NCBI GenBank assembly: GCA_009103225.1
Contig: RHPI01002090.1
Coordinates: 246,625-310,624, forward strand
DNA from: Chlorokybus atmophyticus
Lineage: Eukaryota > Plantae > Mesostigma and Chlorokybus algae
DNA: 64,000 nt
Direction: 5' to 3'
The notes under the pieces were generated by a model that was given only the letters and a program-made list of their open reading frames with translations, ran no database searches and was not told where the DNA came from. A program made the translations under genes and the position numbers. Of this stretch, positions 1-11,767 are shown piece by piece. Every line of letters starts with the position of its first letter. The stretch's first letter is position 1.

Positions 1-2265
1 GTGCATTCCACGAACTTGCGTTTGACGCCCAGCTGCGCCTGCGTTTCGGGGAGGTTGAGATACCTGTCCAGCAGACTGAAGTCGTAGCAGAGGGGCTTGT
101 ACGTGCACGGCAGCCTGATGTCGTACACGTTGATGTCGCCGGCATACTCCAGCACGCGGTCAAAAATCTAGAAGGGAGTCCGACATCAGCTTGGTGGAAT
201 CACCAACTCTACGTACATAAGCAAAGGCTGATGAGAAAGCAGCTCCTCCTTGCTTACCCCACCCTCACAGCGTCCATTTGCGAGCAAGCAAGCAAGCGGT
301 CCACCGTGGTTATTGCAGCTCTGGATAGCCGCTCGGCAGGAAGGATACTTCCTCTACAAGGGTTGAAGCTGTTGATATGCGTGCATGTGCGCGATGATGC
401 GCGCGCGCGCGCGCACACATATGTGAGCAACTGCGCGCGCGTGCATGCGTGTGCGTGTTACCAGGGTGGACAAGCATGTGTGCAATGTATGTACGCGTTT
501 GCTCTACCTGTATGAGGTCACGCTGGACTTCGGTGATGAGGTTGTTACGGAGAGCGTAGTCGGCGTAAGCGCCGTACTGGATCTCAGGGTTTGTCAAGCC
601 GTTGCCGATGGCCAGACCCTTCAGCTCAATGCGCTTCCATTCAGTGTGCAGGCTTGTATATCGCCCGCTGCTGCCGGCGATGGCCTTGTTGCCGGTGTAA
701 ATGCGATTGGCCACTGCAGACACCAGATGTTGGCAGGTATACTAGAAGTGTGTTGATGAATCGACAACGCGATAATGCAGTTCATACCTGCCGGCACGTA
801 GTGTCCACCTGGCCATGCACAGCAGGGGAAGGTGTCAGTCAGAAACAAACCATGACTACTGAAGCAATGGCAGTGATGACTGAAGGTAAGTATATTGTGT
901 GGACCGCGCAGCATACAGCAATGGTCTAAGCAGCGCGCAAAGCTCACCATAAGATTCGCCTGTTATGTAGAAGTCGCGATCGGCAACCTCTGTGTGCACT
1001 GCCAAAAACTCCTGTGGTGTCCAAGTTTGTTCAGCAGCATGACAGATTGATTGCAGGGAAAGGTGTTGCATGATATACATTGCGATCCTCTCACACCTGC
1101 AGGAAATCGTACATGTCCTCCGCGACGCCCTCCTCATCGGTCACAACATCCCGAGGATCCTGCGAGTATGAAAATCCTGCCGGGGGCAACATCAAGTCAA
1201 ATTCTATGCTGCGCTTCTTGGAAAGGCAGCATTCGGGGTACGGGTCTAACCATACATAACTTCATTGCAGTGTGGTGCAACCTGTGTCGATGGGCTGGTC
1301 TACAAAGATCATGTTGGCCGCCTTGTCCCAGCCATACTCGGTGTATGACAGCGTGTAGTTCTCGTGCAGGTCCCACGGCCCGTTCTCATAGAAAACAGCC
1401 AGCGAGGAGCTGCAAAGCCAAGGCAGTATTAGGTCTGTTGTCATGATCTACTAGCATGGATCGACTGTCCTCATCAGGTTCAGTATGTGCACGGAACAAG
1501 AACAGCTGTGCCCTGGGCTGTGAGCTCAAGTTGTCGTTTCATGCCGTGTTGCATAAAGTGAAGCCTACCTGCAGCCTGGGCCGCCCGTCATCCACAGCAC
1601 GAGCGGGTCTTTTGCAGGGTCGCCTCGCGACTCAAAGTAGTAGTAGAACATGCGCGCGTCGTGCGTGCGGTCGAGCTTGAAGTAACCCGTGTACTGCTTG
1701 CTCTCCTTCGCATTCGCACCAGTGTACGCGCCGACGACACTCTCCAACAAGCGCGGTTCACTCCACAGCGCACCCGCACTATTGTCTTGTTGCTCATTTG
1801 CTGCTGCGATCAAGTTGGCAGAAGACTTCGTTGCCAAACAATGCCAGTAAAGTATTGTACTCTGTGTGCTGAACACATGCTCACATGACAGTGCACTGGT
1901 GCCTACTATGTATGCAATGTAGTGGGTGAGCACTTGCAACCACATTGTCACAGGCATTCAGCATATAGTCAAAGAAGTTGAACCCTCGCTGTTTGGCAAC
2001 GTGAACGGTTGTACAATAGTCATTGGCTCGACGGTTGCGTACGACTGCCATCGATAAGTCCTCAGACTAATGCAACAAACTTTCTGCATGATTGCATGGC
2101 ATAGTTATCGTCTACATATGCTACAGTTGGCAACCATACTGCAAGCTTGGTGGTGAATACACAACCAAGGAATCAAGCAAAAGACAGACCTTCAGCGCAG
2201 CACTCGAGCGCAATCAGCACCGATAGCGCCACCACCACCAGGCGCCATGCACAAGCGCGCTTCAT
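1..2265 (-). CDS. SCPL: Serine carboxypeptidase-like protein (S10 family, CPY/SCPL48-49 type); multi-exon, 3' end runs off the window start
   Basis: Spliced exons give a signal peptide ([28 protein letters not shown] 2265), [94 protein letters not shown] and [10 protein letters not shown]. Confidence 0.93.
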
Positions 2266-2877
2266 GCTTGAGAGCTGGCCCACTGGCCTGCCAGAACATC
2301 AATACTCGGCAAGCCCAACAACATCAAACTGATAACTGTATGGGGTAAATTCAGGTCGAACACATATACAGGCACATACCGCACATTTAAGTGGCAGAGC
2401 ATGCACAGGGAGGAAGAAATACCATTCAACATGCTGCGCTCCACAGTCACGAATGCAGTGCAGAGCAAGGGGCGACACATGCACACTCACCTCATAAACG
2501 CAGCAGCAGCTGCAGCAGCCTGGTAAAAGACCCGCCCGTCCACCCCACAGACAACCAACCAACCTACAACCTGCAAGCACAAGTTTTCCAGGCAAGCATG
2601 GACAGAGGCGATATATGGGAGGTGAGTAGGATGTCAGTAATATGCCGCAGATGTTCGGCAATTACTAGCCTAGATATCGAAGCTTTTGCGATGTCGACTG
2701 CAATAAAGGGATATCTTTGTGACCTGATCAACTAGAAGTGCTGATGTCAACTTCAGGCACATGCCAGCTGGCAGCTTAAGAAGCACGCACGTAGGTAAAG
2801 GCGTGTCGTCGTTGTGAAGGGCGGCGGCAGCGGTGGCAGGGGACGTGGGCTGTAGGCACTGGTTGACGGGGTTGCAG

Positions 2878-4635
2878 ATGGCGGAGGCGCAGTACAACAC
2901 GAAGAACCCCGCCGTCAAGCGCATACTCCAGGAGGCCAAGGAGCTGCAGAAGTCCCCTGCCGACGGTGTCGTCGCCGAACCCCTTGAGGTGGGGCCGCTC
3001 AACCTGACAATCAACATGAATGCAACTTACAAGTGTCGCATTGGTTCTTGTGTTGTGCTGAGTTTATGCTTGGGGCGCTTGCGTTAACATTAAATGTTAA
3101 CGCAAGCGCCCCACAACATCCTTTGTGGTTCGGTGTAGGCTTAACACCAGAGCAGCTTGCAGCTGTGTATGAGCTTATTACGAAGTTAGCATGCACTTTG
3201 CTACAGTTGCGCAGCTTCAAGGGCTTGTCTTTTCACTGTGTCCTGAAGGATATCATGTTTGTCCTTTAGCTTAAATTGAAACAGCAGTATGCCTCATTTT
3301 AGTCTGCTCCTGCTGCCACTACCTGTGTTCTACGAGAATTAGACCACTCCTTTCTGCTTATAGTGCAGACATGTTGCCTCGTTGCTGTGCAAGCCTCTCA
3401 ATACGTATAAAACACAGCCTTTGTTGGTGTCCAAGAATTATAATCGTGTGCACACTGTGCATGGTTTTCAGCTTACTCGGGTTATGTCGTCTTTGTAGTG
3501 GTTTTGTTGTTAGCTGCAATGTAGATAACTGACAAGCGCAAACAGGCATTCAATCCCGTGATTGATAACGTCACCCATTTGGTGCGATTGGCATCACTGA
3601 AGTCATGTACTGCTCAGGATAACATTTTTGAGTGGCATTTTGCCATCTGCGGCCCGCCTGACACAGAGTTTGAGGGTGGTGTGTATCATGGGCGCATCAT
3701 CCTACCTCCTGATTACCCATTCAAGCCACCCACGTTCATGCTATTGACGGTAAGTGCAGTTGGAACTGGCAACAACTGTGCTCGCCAACAACAGGTCTGG
3801 GCAGTCAATGACACAGCATTGCGTCACTGCAGCCCAACGGACGCTTTGAGACAAACACCAAGATCTGCCTAAGCATATCACAGTATCACCCAGAGCACTG
3901 GCAACCGTCATGGGGAGGTGAGTCAGCATTGACTACTCAGTGGCGCTGTGTTGATGCCACTTTTATGTTGATATCAATTTACATGCACATATGTTGTGTG
4001 CAGTGCGCACTGCATTGACGGCAATGATAGCCTTCATGCCAACCAAGCCGGACGGTGCGATAGGCGGATTGGAGTACACAGTAGATGAGCGCAGGTTGCT
4101 TGCTGCCAAGTCCAGGTTGAAGCCGCCTCATTTTGGCACAGAGAAGCGGCAAGCGTGCACGAACAGCGCCCACGAACGCATACTGGCACAGGCGCCTCCC
4201 CTTCCTGCAGCCACAATAGAGTTGGCCGCTGCACTTGGAGCCGGGTTGAAAGACTTGGTCATCAGCAGAGACGACAAAGCGGACAGCGCGAAAGGTAGCA
4301 ACAGTCAACCCAACGGTGCTGTTGATGAAGCCTCAGCTGAAGCTGCGCCACCTGCTGGTCCGGAGCTAGCACAGCTGGCATCCGCTCCAGCTAGCACGCA
4401 GAATGGTGAAGTCCCGCAACAGGCAGCTGTGGAGTTGAGGCATCGGAATGCGGTTGCAGGCTCATCATCACAGCAAACTGTGCCCTCCAGTGATGCCCCT
4501 GCCCCTGTCGTTGCGATCAAAGGGGTGAAGTCTGTCGCCTCTACTGAGGACAGGGTACTGACAGTACTAGCTGTCGTGTTATCATTGGCCATCATTGCAC
4601 TCCTGCTGCGCAAGTTCATTCACGAGCGCAGTTGA
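2878..4635 (+). CDS. UBC32: ER tail-anchored ubiquitin-conjugating enzyme E2 J1 (UBC32-like); exons 2878-2988, 3618-3749, 3833-3917, 4004-4635
   Basis: NPAVKRILQEAKEL / DNIFEWHFAICGPPDTEFEGGVYHGRIILPPDYPFKPP / PNGRFETNTKICLSISQYHPEHWQPSW (active-site Cys) / VRTALTAMIAF; C-terminal hydrophobic anchor VLTVLAVVLSLAIIALLL; all introns GT-AG and in phase. Confidence 0.95.
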
Positions 4636-5117
4636 GGTTGTAGGCTGGTTGGTTAGTCTTGGCTCGCGCTGTGCAGACACTGTGTACATGTATAATAAAT
4701 AGAATGCAAGGATTGTGGCATGCATGAGAGTGTGACACATGTATCATAGTGGTGTGTTTGCAGAGTTATTGAAGTTTTAACTGTGTGTGGTGGTTCACAT
4801 GTGCTGAACCGCTGGTAGATTTGTTGGAATAATCACATGCCTTCGCAGCAGTAACTTTGTGGCTAAAAGTGTAGCTGCGCCAGTAGACTACCTGCTACGC
4901 TTAGCAGGTTTCACACACAGTACTATAGTGTCGTAATTCAATGTCGTGATGGCATTGCATGCATTGTTTTCGCTGTTACAAGCTAACCCAGTTGTCGATG
5001 CATCAGTGTGATGCCACATGAAGTCCCCTTCTGTTTTGGTCTTACCACTTGCTATATACCATTGCCATTCCATGTGGCAAAAGAACAGGTCAGACATGCA
5101 ATGCACTGCTATGTATA

Positions 5118-5374
5118 AGACTAGCAGAAGCAGGCGTAGCACATCGCCCACGATGACAAGCCTGGTAGCAGCTATTACGCATTAGCCACAAACGCATTAT
5201 TGTGGCACACGGTGACTGACAAGGGATTGAGGGACTGACAAGGGATTGAGGGACTGGCGGGTGCCTGACCCTGCCTGATCCTACCTAACAATAATGCGTT
5301 TGTGGCAAATGCGTAATAGCTGCTACCATGCTTGTCATCGTGGCGATGTGCTACCTCCCTGCTTCTGCTAGTCT
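5118..5374. repeat. Long inverted repeat (foldback): arms 5118-5203 and 5288-5374, ~85-nt loop
   Basis: AGACTAGCAGAAGCAGG...GCCACAAACGCATTATTGT is the near-exact reverse complement of ACAATAATGCGTTTGTGGC...CCTGCTTCTGCTAGTCT, with a few mismatches/indels. The loop holds a ~20-bp tandem duplication (GACTGACAAGGGATTGAGG). Confidence 0.85.
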
Positions 5375-5638
5375 CATGCATGGCATTGCTCGTCTGGCCT
5401 CATTTGAATGCCAAGGTGTACACTAGCCAGTGCTGGTCAGCACCTAGGGTGCACTGGCATGTCTGCGGGCCTGGCCGGCAGTTGGAAGGTTTCACGCGCA
5501 ATGGAGCAGCCATGCCGAGTTGCCGATCAGGCGGCCGCTAAGCATTTGGGCTACTACTTTTCTTGAATGCCATGATACGGCAAGCAGCAAAACATACAAA
5601 GCGTAAAACGTGTGCGCGATTAGGCCAACCGCAAGAGG

Positions 5639-5711
5639 TGGAGATGCGGGGTATCGATCCCCGTACCTCTCGCATGCTAAGCGAGCGCTCTACCATCTGA
5701 GCTACATCCCC
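5639..5711 (-). tRNA. trnA-AGC: tRNA-Ala (AGC), intronless
   Basis: Reverse complement GGGGATGTAGCTCAGATGGTAGAGCGCTCGCTTAGCATGCGAGAGGTACGGGGATCGATACCCCGCATCTCCA: 73-nt cloverleaf, G3:U70 Ala determinant, TTTT terminator downstream. Confidence 0.97.
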
Positions 5712-6239
5712 AATGTGCTGTGGAAAAATGCTTGTTACTTTATCATATTGTAAAGATAGTATTCTGATCTATTTAGAAAGTAGAATGGACCATTCTATTA
5801 CCGGACGTACACCGGTGCTTACCGGCGGTGTATCCATTATAGCTTACCTCGTTATAAGCATCTCCGTTATCCTTCAACTTTCCATTCCACTAACAAGGTT
5901 ATGCTCGTGACGTCTGGGAGATAATACATGCTTTTACGGTTTCAACAAGTATACTCCATTACTGAAAGAATTGCTTGATAACCCTAAGCTACGTCATCAC
6001 ATGCTGACGTGGCACTTAACAACTTAATATACATTTTGGTGTACGATTTGCGCAATGCCCCATCATCCGAGTCATGTGGTTTGGCTAAGCTGTTTGCGTT
6101 TGCGCGCCTCATCAGTTTGCATTGGCTCCGCGTGGCTTCGAAAGAGTTACAAATCTGATGTCAAAACTCCCGACTTGGGAGCCGCAAATCGCCACAAACG
6201 TATAGAAGCACACATACTTTGGTTTCATTTGTCTCAATA

Positions 6240-6705
6240 TACCATAATTACCCGTTCACAGTGTCCCCTATCTAACATAGTGCCCCCCAAAGTTATGGGG
6301 GGTAATTGTATTCAAGGGGGCACTCTATTATAAAGGGGGCTTTGTGATAGATTACGACTACGCTAACTACCCAAAATTACTATTATCATGTAATAACTTA
6401 ACATGAATTACGTAACATAACTGCAACTTAGGTATATTTAACCATAATATTTGACTAATTGCATTGTAGGGGCATTATGTACGAGAAGGGGGCATACAAC
6501 AGCCCAACAGTCTTGCAACGCGGGCTTAGGCCACCAGCCCATGGTAGCAAGAGTTGCTACCATGGGAGGTTGTGTATTGGTTTATTATTGCTTCATAAGC
6601 TCTTCTTAGCCTATTCCACATTAACCGGCGTTACAAGTGTGGCCCTTTTTTAAATTTAGGGGGGTATTTATAATCGGGGGGCGCTGTAAACGTGTAGATA
6701 CGGTA
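6240..6705. mobile_element. Degenerate MITE / non-autonomous Tc1-mariner(pogo)-type DNA element
   Basis: Imperfect TIRs (TACCATAATTACCCGTTCACAGTGTCCCC vs reverse complement TACCGTATCTACACGTTTACAGCGCCCCC, 22/29 identical including the flanking TA), TA at both ends, AT-rich non-coding interior with repeated AGTGCCCCC/GGGGGCACT motifs. Confidence 0.65.
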
Positions 6706-7351
6706 CGCACAAGAAGCAAGGCACGCGATATGTATAATGTTATGGTAAATTTGAGCTACACATTAGGGTATGGTTTATTGCTAAAAGCCATTCAAAGTGA
6801 ATAAGCGATAAAGCGACACTTTGATGTTCATTAAAGCACAGAGTTTGGGTTTGTCCAAAAGGTTGCTTGCATGCATAATGGCAAAGCCTTGCAGCAGCTT
6901 ATATCATAGTGATCGTGTAATGCAATCATTGCTTCGGCTGCTTGCTTTTCTTGCTCTTAATATTTATGCAGCACATCTTGAATACATGCAACCGATAACA
7001 CGCTTGCCACTCGTGGAACATGACACTGCATACATATTAAGATAAAATAAGTCCCCTTGTGACAATGTCCCCGTAAAATTGATGTGTGTAATTTAGAACT
7101 ATGCATGGCCGAAACTATGTATAATTCGCTTGCAAGCAATTGACGTACTGAGGCAGTGTCTATTATCTTAATGAATTCAACCTCCTTCACACCAACATGT
7201 ATAGCCCACACATGATAAAGCACAATGGTCATGTGGCAGTAAATAGTGTTGCAAGTTGAATGGTTGTAACGTTGTCGACTGTTGACTGAACACACAGAAC
7301 TTGACAGCGTTTACGTTGTCGGTGCACCCAAAACTCCAAAAGCTTACAGTG

Positions 7352-7424
7352 TGGAGACGCGGGGTATCGATCCCCGTACCTCTCGCATGCTAAGCGAGCG
7401 CTCTACCATCTGAGCTACATCCCC
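7352..7424 (-). tRNA. trnA-AGC: tRNA-Ala (AGC), second copy
   Basis: Identical to the 5639-5711 copy except one acceptor-stem base (U6:G67 wobble instead of U6-A67). Confidence 0.97.
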
Positions 7425-7521
7425 GTTACGTTCCATTAGTACAATTTTTGCTATTATAATGTATAATGCCAACTCAAAGATTAGCGCAATTCTGCCGCAG
7501 CATGCTCCAGCAGAACCATGC

Positions 7522-10500
7522 ATGGATGGGCTGCGGCGGTGGCGGGCGGTGCAGTTTGGCGCCGTCGATGTTGTTAGCGACGGCGCAGACGGTGTTGCTG
7601 AAAAGGCGTCTACGTTGCTTGCCTGTCTGCAACCCCAGCCATGCACTCTATCGTCCAGAATGCCGACGCCTCAGTTGCCGCCCTCCCCGCAGACTGATCG
7701 CGTCATCATCCATGTGGTATGGCCCTTGCAGCCTTGCCAATCAAAGTTGCAGTTAAAGCATTTGCATGATGACACGAGTTGTCCACATCAGAGTCTTGCA
7801 CGTAATTTATTCGCGTAAATCACTGCCCGCATAGCGAGCATTACATTACACGATCTCAGCGCAGTTTAATTCACTGTGTATTGAGCCGATTGTTTGTCCG
7901 CTTTGCTGCTCTTGAGCTGCTGTCTGCAGCGTGCACACAGTTTGCAACTGCCGCATTGCATGCTGTTTGAACGCTGCTCTCAAGGTGGGAGAGGGCGTTG
8001 ACCAGTGAACCTGTACTTTCTAGCCAATGTTGGAGGGATTGTTGTTAATTGGCAATAGCGCAATGCACTTTGAAAGCGTACGATTGCAACGGCTGACTCT
8101 TGTCGCTAGATGTGGCTGCAATCTTCAAGCAATCAGCTACTGCATGTAATTTGATTACAGTTGCATACAGAATTTGGTCTGATCAGTGTATAAAGGTGCT
8201 AACATGGAGTAAGTCATGCATGTACTCAAACACAGTGATTGGCAAACACACGACTGCGCTCTGCCTGCTTCAGGATGTGGACGCCTTCTATGCCCAAGTT
8301 GAGGAGCGGAGGGATCCTTCCCTGAGGGAAAGGCCTTTAGGCATACAGCAAAAGTACCTGGTTGTGACTTGCAACTACCCGGCGCGCGCAAGAGGCGTTG
8401 GGAAACTTATGCCTATCGATGAAGCCTTCACACGGTACAGCCCCATCTTTGACCTTGCGTTTGTTCGCTGTGCCAACACCTGCGTGACTTGATGTGTGCA
8501 GTTGCCCAGAACTTGTGCTCGTCAAGGGCGAAGATCTCACACCATACCGAGCAGCAAGCAAACAGATTCTTGCTGTTCTTCGCCGATTTGGCCCTGTGGA
8601 AAGGTAGAGTTACATGTCAACAGCATGCGAGTACCGGCCTGTGCCTGTTTGGGCAGCAGTGCTTGCCTACAATGTTGTGCATATGTGATTGGTGATACAG
8701 GCTGGGGATGGATGAGGTCTTCATAGATGCAACAGCTGAAGTTCATCGACGAATTACCGAAGGGTCTGCACATGCAGAGCATGTCGGCCATGTGCATGCC
8801 ATTGCCAAGGCAGAGACGGAATTCACCACCTTTGCAATGACAGGTGAGAGGTAGAGCACATGCATGCGTGCATGCGTGCTTGCGCGCGTGTGTTTGCTCA
8901 TGCGTACATGTGATGCAACCAGTACGTGATTAATTGGCACAGTCCTTCCTCCCGGCATTTTGTCATGTCAAAGGAGATACCCATTGCGCTCACAGTTCGA
9001 TTTGGGCTGCGATTGCCTCATAAATCATAACACACTTAGCAGACTGCGGCATGCTGTTGGTGGTTGGAAGTCAGGTCGCGGCTGATGCTCGTGCTGCCAT
9101 CAACCAGGAGGCAGGGTTCAGGTGCTCGGCTGGCATTGCACACAATGTGAGTTGCTGTATGCATGTGCAGTGTAGCAGTGCCGTCATTCCATGGCTTCCA
9201 AAGCATGAACAAGATCACTGCTGGTTTGTCCACAGAAAATGCTGGCCAAGTTGTGCAGTTCCATACACAAACCCAACGACCAAACCATAATGCCTCCATT
9301 GCTGGCTGCGAAGTTCATGGCAACACTGTCAGCTCGCAAGGTGAACAGCGCTTCAGCGCCAATTGAGGAATGTGTAGTGGTTGGATTCAGTTTGTAAGGC
9401 TGGCTTTGTGGGCAGGTACCGGGCATAGGGTACCGCACCAATGCCGCCTTGCAAGAACTTGGGGTGAGCAACATTTTGGAGCTGCGAACGGCTTCAGTGC
9501 AACAGCTCGACGACCGGTGAGCCTCCAGCGCCCAAGCTGCTCCTCTGTTTTCGTCGCTTGGTGCAGTTTGTGCCACATAACGAGACAAAGCATAGACGAG
9601 ACGAGTTGATAGTTGCTTCAGCAGTGCGACTGTGGGATTGTTCTTGACGCAACGCTGGCAGGTTTGGTGCCCGCATTGCGACCATGCTTCGTGATGCCTG
9701 CTGGGGCATAGACAACATGCCGGTGGTAGACCAACCTCCTCCCAAGTCTATTACTGTAGAAGATTCTTTTCAGTGCTGCTCGTCAGTCGGACATGCAGAG
9801 GTACATGATCAATTAGTTGCTGCTCCTCTGAGGCTCAACACAAGACCGCTTACACTGCAACGATTTTGATAGCAAGCACTGTGTCTGCCTGTTGGTTTGC
9901 TGCTGGAACTGCACCTGGTGTCGCTGCTCTGGAGCAGTCATTTGCCGTCACATGTGCAGAAAATCGCCAGAATGCTTGCCCCTGACCTCATTGCACGGTT
10001 GAAAGAAGATCACGAGGACACGGGGCGACTTGCGGGCACTTTCACTGTCAAGTGGCGCTTCAAAGGCGATGGTTACAGGTATGCGCCACCGTAACGATGC
10101 ATAACAGCCATGTATCTCATGCTGCTCCCAGCCATTGTGCTTGGCTTTTCTTACGGTGTGTTATGCGCAGACGCACTTCAGCTTCATGCCCTATGCCAGT
10201 AGAGTTGACTCGCTTCAATGGTGACAATGAGCAACTCTCTGCAATCGTCACGACTACTGCGCTGGCTCTCTTCAAGCAGTATGTTACACCACCGTTTCAT
10301 CTAACTCTGCTGAACATTGGTGCAACCAACTTTACAGAACGCCCCAACACAAAAAGCGAGTCCATAGCCAAGTTCTTTACCAAGCCTTTGGACAAGGTCA
10401 CATCAGCCGCGCAACACAAGAGGTTGCTGTCACCAAGCAAAAGTGAAGCGCGTTTGCTTCAAGAGCGGGGCAAGTCGGGCATGGCCTTACATCTGGCACC

Positions 10501-11011
10501 TGGCATAGAGGAACCTTCCACAGCGATAGAGGGATGCCCTGCAGCAAGTACTTTGCTTGAAGGCGCCCTTGAGTCAGGTCAGTGATCCATAGACTTGTAG
10601 ATAACAGGTTTACGGGATTGTATCATTGAGTAGATGCTTTGCCCATAACAGTTGAAGCCAACCACTTGCGTTGTCGCTTCAGATGATGAGATAGCGGCGC
10701 CTTTTTCACTACCTGAGGCGGTAGCATCTGCGGAAGTCACTACAACGAGTGCTGTGACTGTTGAACCTCGATTATGTGACAGGGACCCGGCTGCTGAAGC
10801 CAGCATCCCACTCTGCCCAGAGTGTGGGCAACTGGTACGGGATCGTCAAGAGCATGCCGACTACCACTTTGCTCTGAAGCTGCACAACGAAGAACGGTCT
10901 GGGCCACCTTCAACATCAACGACGACGGGACTGAAAAGGCAGAAGTCGTTCAGCCAGTCGCAGCCCAGAGTGCGAGGTCCGTTGGACACATTCTTTCAGC
11001 AAAACAGGTAG
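7522..11011 (+). CDS. POLI: Y-family DNA polymerase iota-like with C-terminal UBZ finger and PIP-like box; an alternative in-frame ATG lies at 7459
   Basis: RVIIHV|DVDAFYAQVEE...PLGIQQKYLVVTCNYPARARGVGKLM, KGEDLTPYR, RLGMDEVFID, AGIAHN|KMLAKLCSSIHKPNDQT, PPPKSITVEDSF, PFHLTLLNIGATNF; C-terminus CPECGQLVRDRQEHADYHFALKL and RGPLDTFF. Confidence 0.92.
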
Positions 11012-11515
11012 TCTAGAGTTTTGACGGAGTCAACATCGTGTTGACGTGAATGTTGTTGAAACCATTGTAGCTGCTACTGCGCACGAGGCTACTGTGCCTT
11101 GCAGGCTATGGTGCTCGGTCTCCTGTCTCTTGTAACTTAAAGGCCATGCGCAGCGCCAGCTTGTGCATGCATTGGTGTCTGTATTAGGGATAGGTGGGTT
11201 ATTCTTTTATGAATGGGCTTGAGTTGCTCATGTGCATAGTACAAATAGTTGTGTCGTGTTTGATTTGGGGTGTTGCACCAAGTCCTGCTTCAGTCTTACA
11301 AGTGCTGCGCTTGCGCTGTTGTTTCCGGGATGGCCATGAGGGAGGACGGCATTGGTAGCTGCGGCGGGTAGGATGTTCAGGGGGTGCGCAACAAGCGCGC
11401 TGTTGCGCGCACGCAGATTCGTGCCTGAAGCGAGAGTCTTCTTGGAAATCTGCAGGTAGTGCTCAGCAACAATGGTCGCTCTGCTTTTGTGACCATGAAG
11501 ACAATGGAGATGCCT

Positions 11516-11767
11516 TCAATAGGCAGGAGGCCAGCCTGCCCTGGCTAAATGGTTGGTGCTACCGTTGTTTGTGGGGATGGTGGCGCACAGTAAGGGCAAA
11601 GCCGCCAAGAGGATATGATATATCGAGAGGAATGGTTTGCCGCCGGGCGCTTCCTGCGCAGGGCTTCTACAAGCGGAGGCGCTTGCTTCTTGTAGACTCT
11701 CCGCGAGCGCAGCAATGTCCTCGCGGCTCGCCTGTACAGCCTCACGCATGCCCGCTGTAGTTGCCAT
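11516..11767 (-). CDS. Possible small gene of unknown function, convergent with POLI (first exon only tentatively placed)
   Basis: GC-rich ORF with a good ATG context (MATTAGMREAVQASREDIAALAESLQEAS...) and coding-like downstream frames; no family recognised and splicing unresolved. Confidence 0.3.
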   Translation of the reverse strand: MATTAGMREAVQASREDIAALAESLQEASASACRSPAQEAPGGKPFLSIYHILLAALPLLCATIPTNNGSTNHLARAGWPPAY

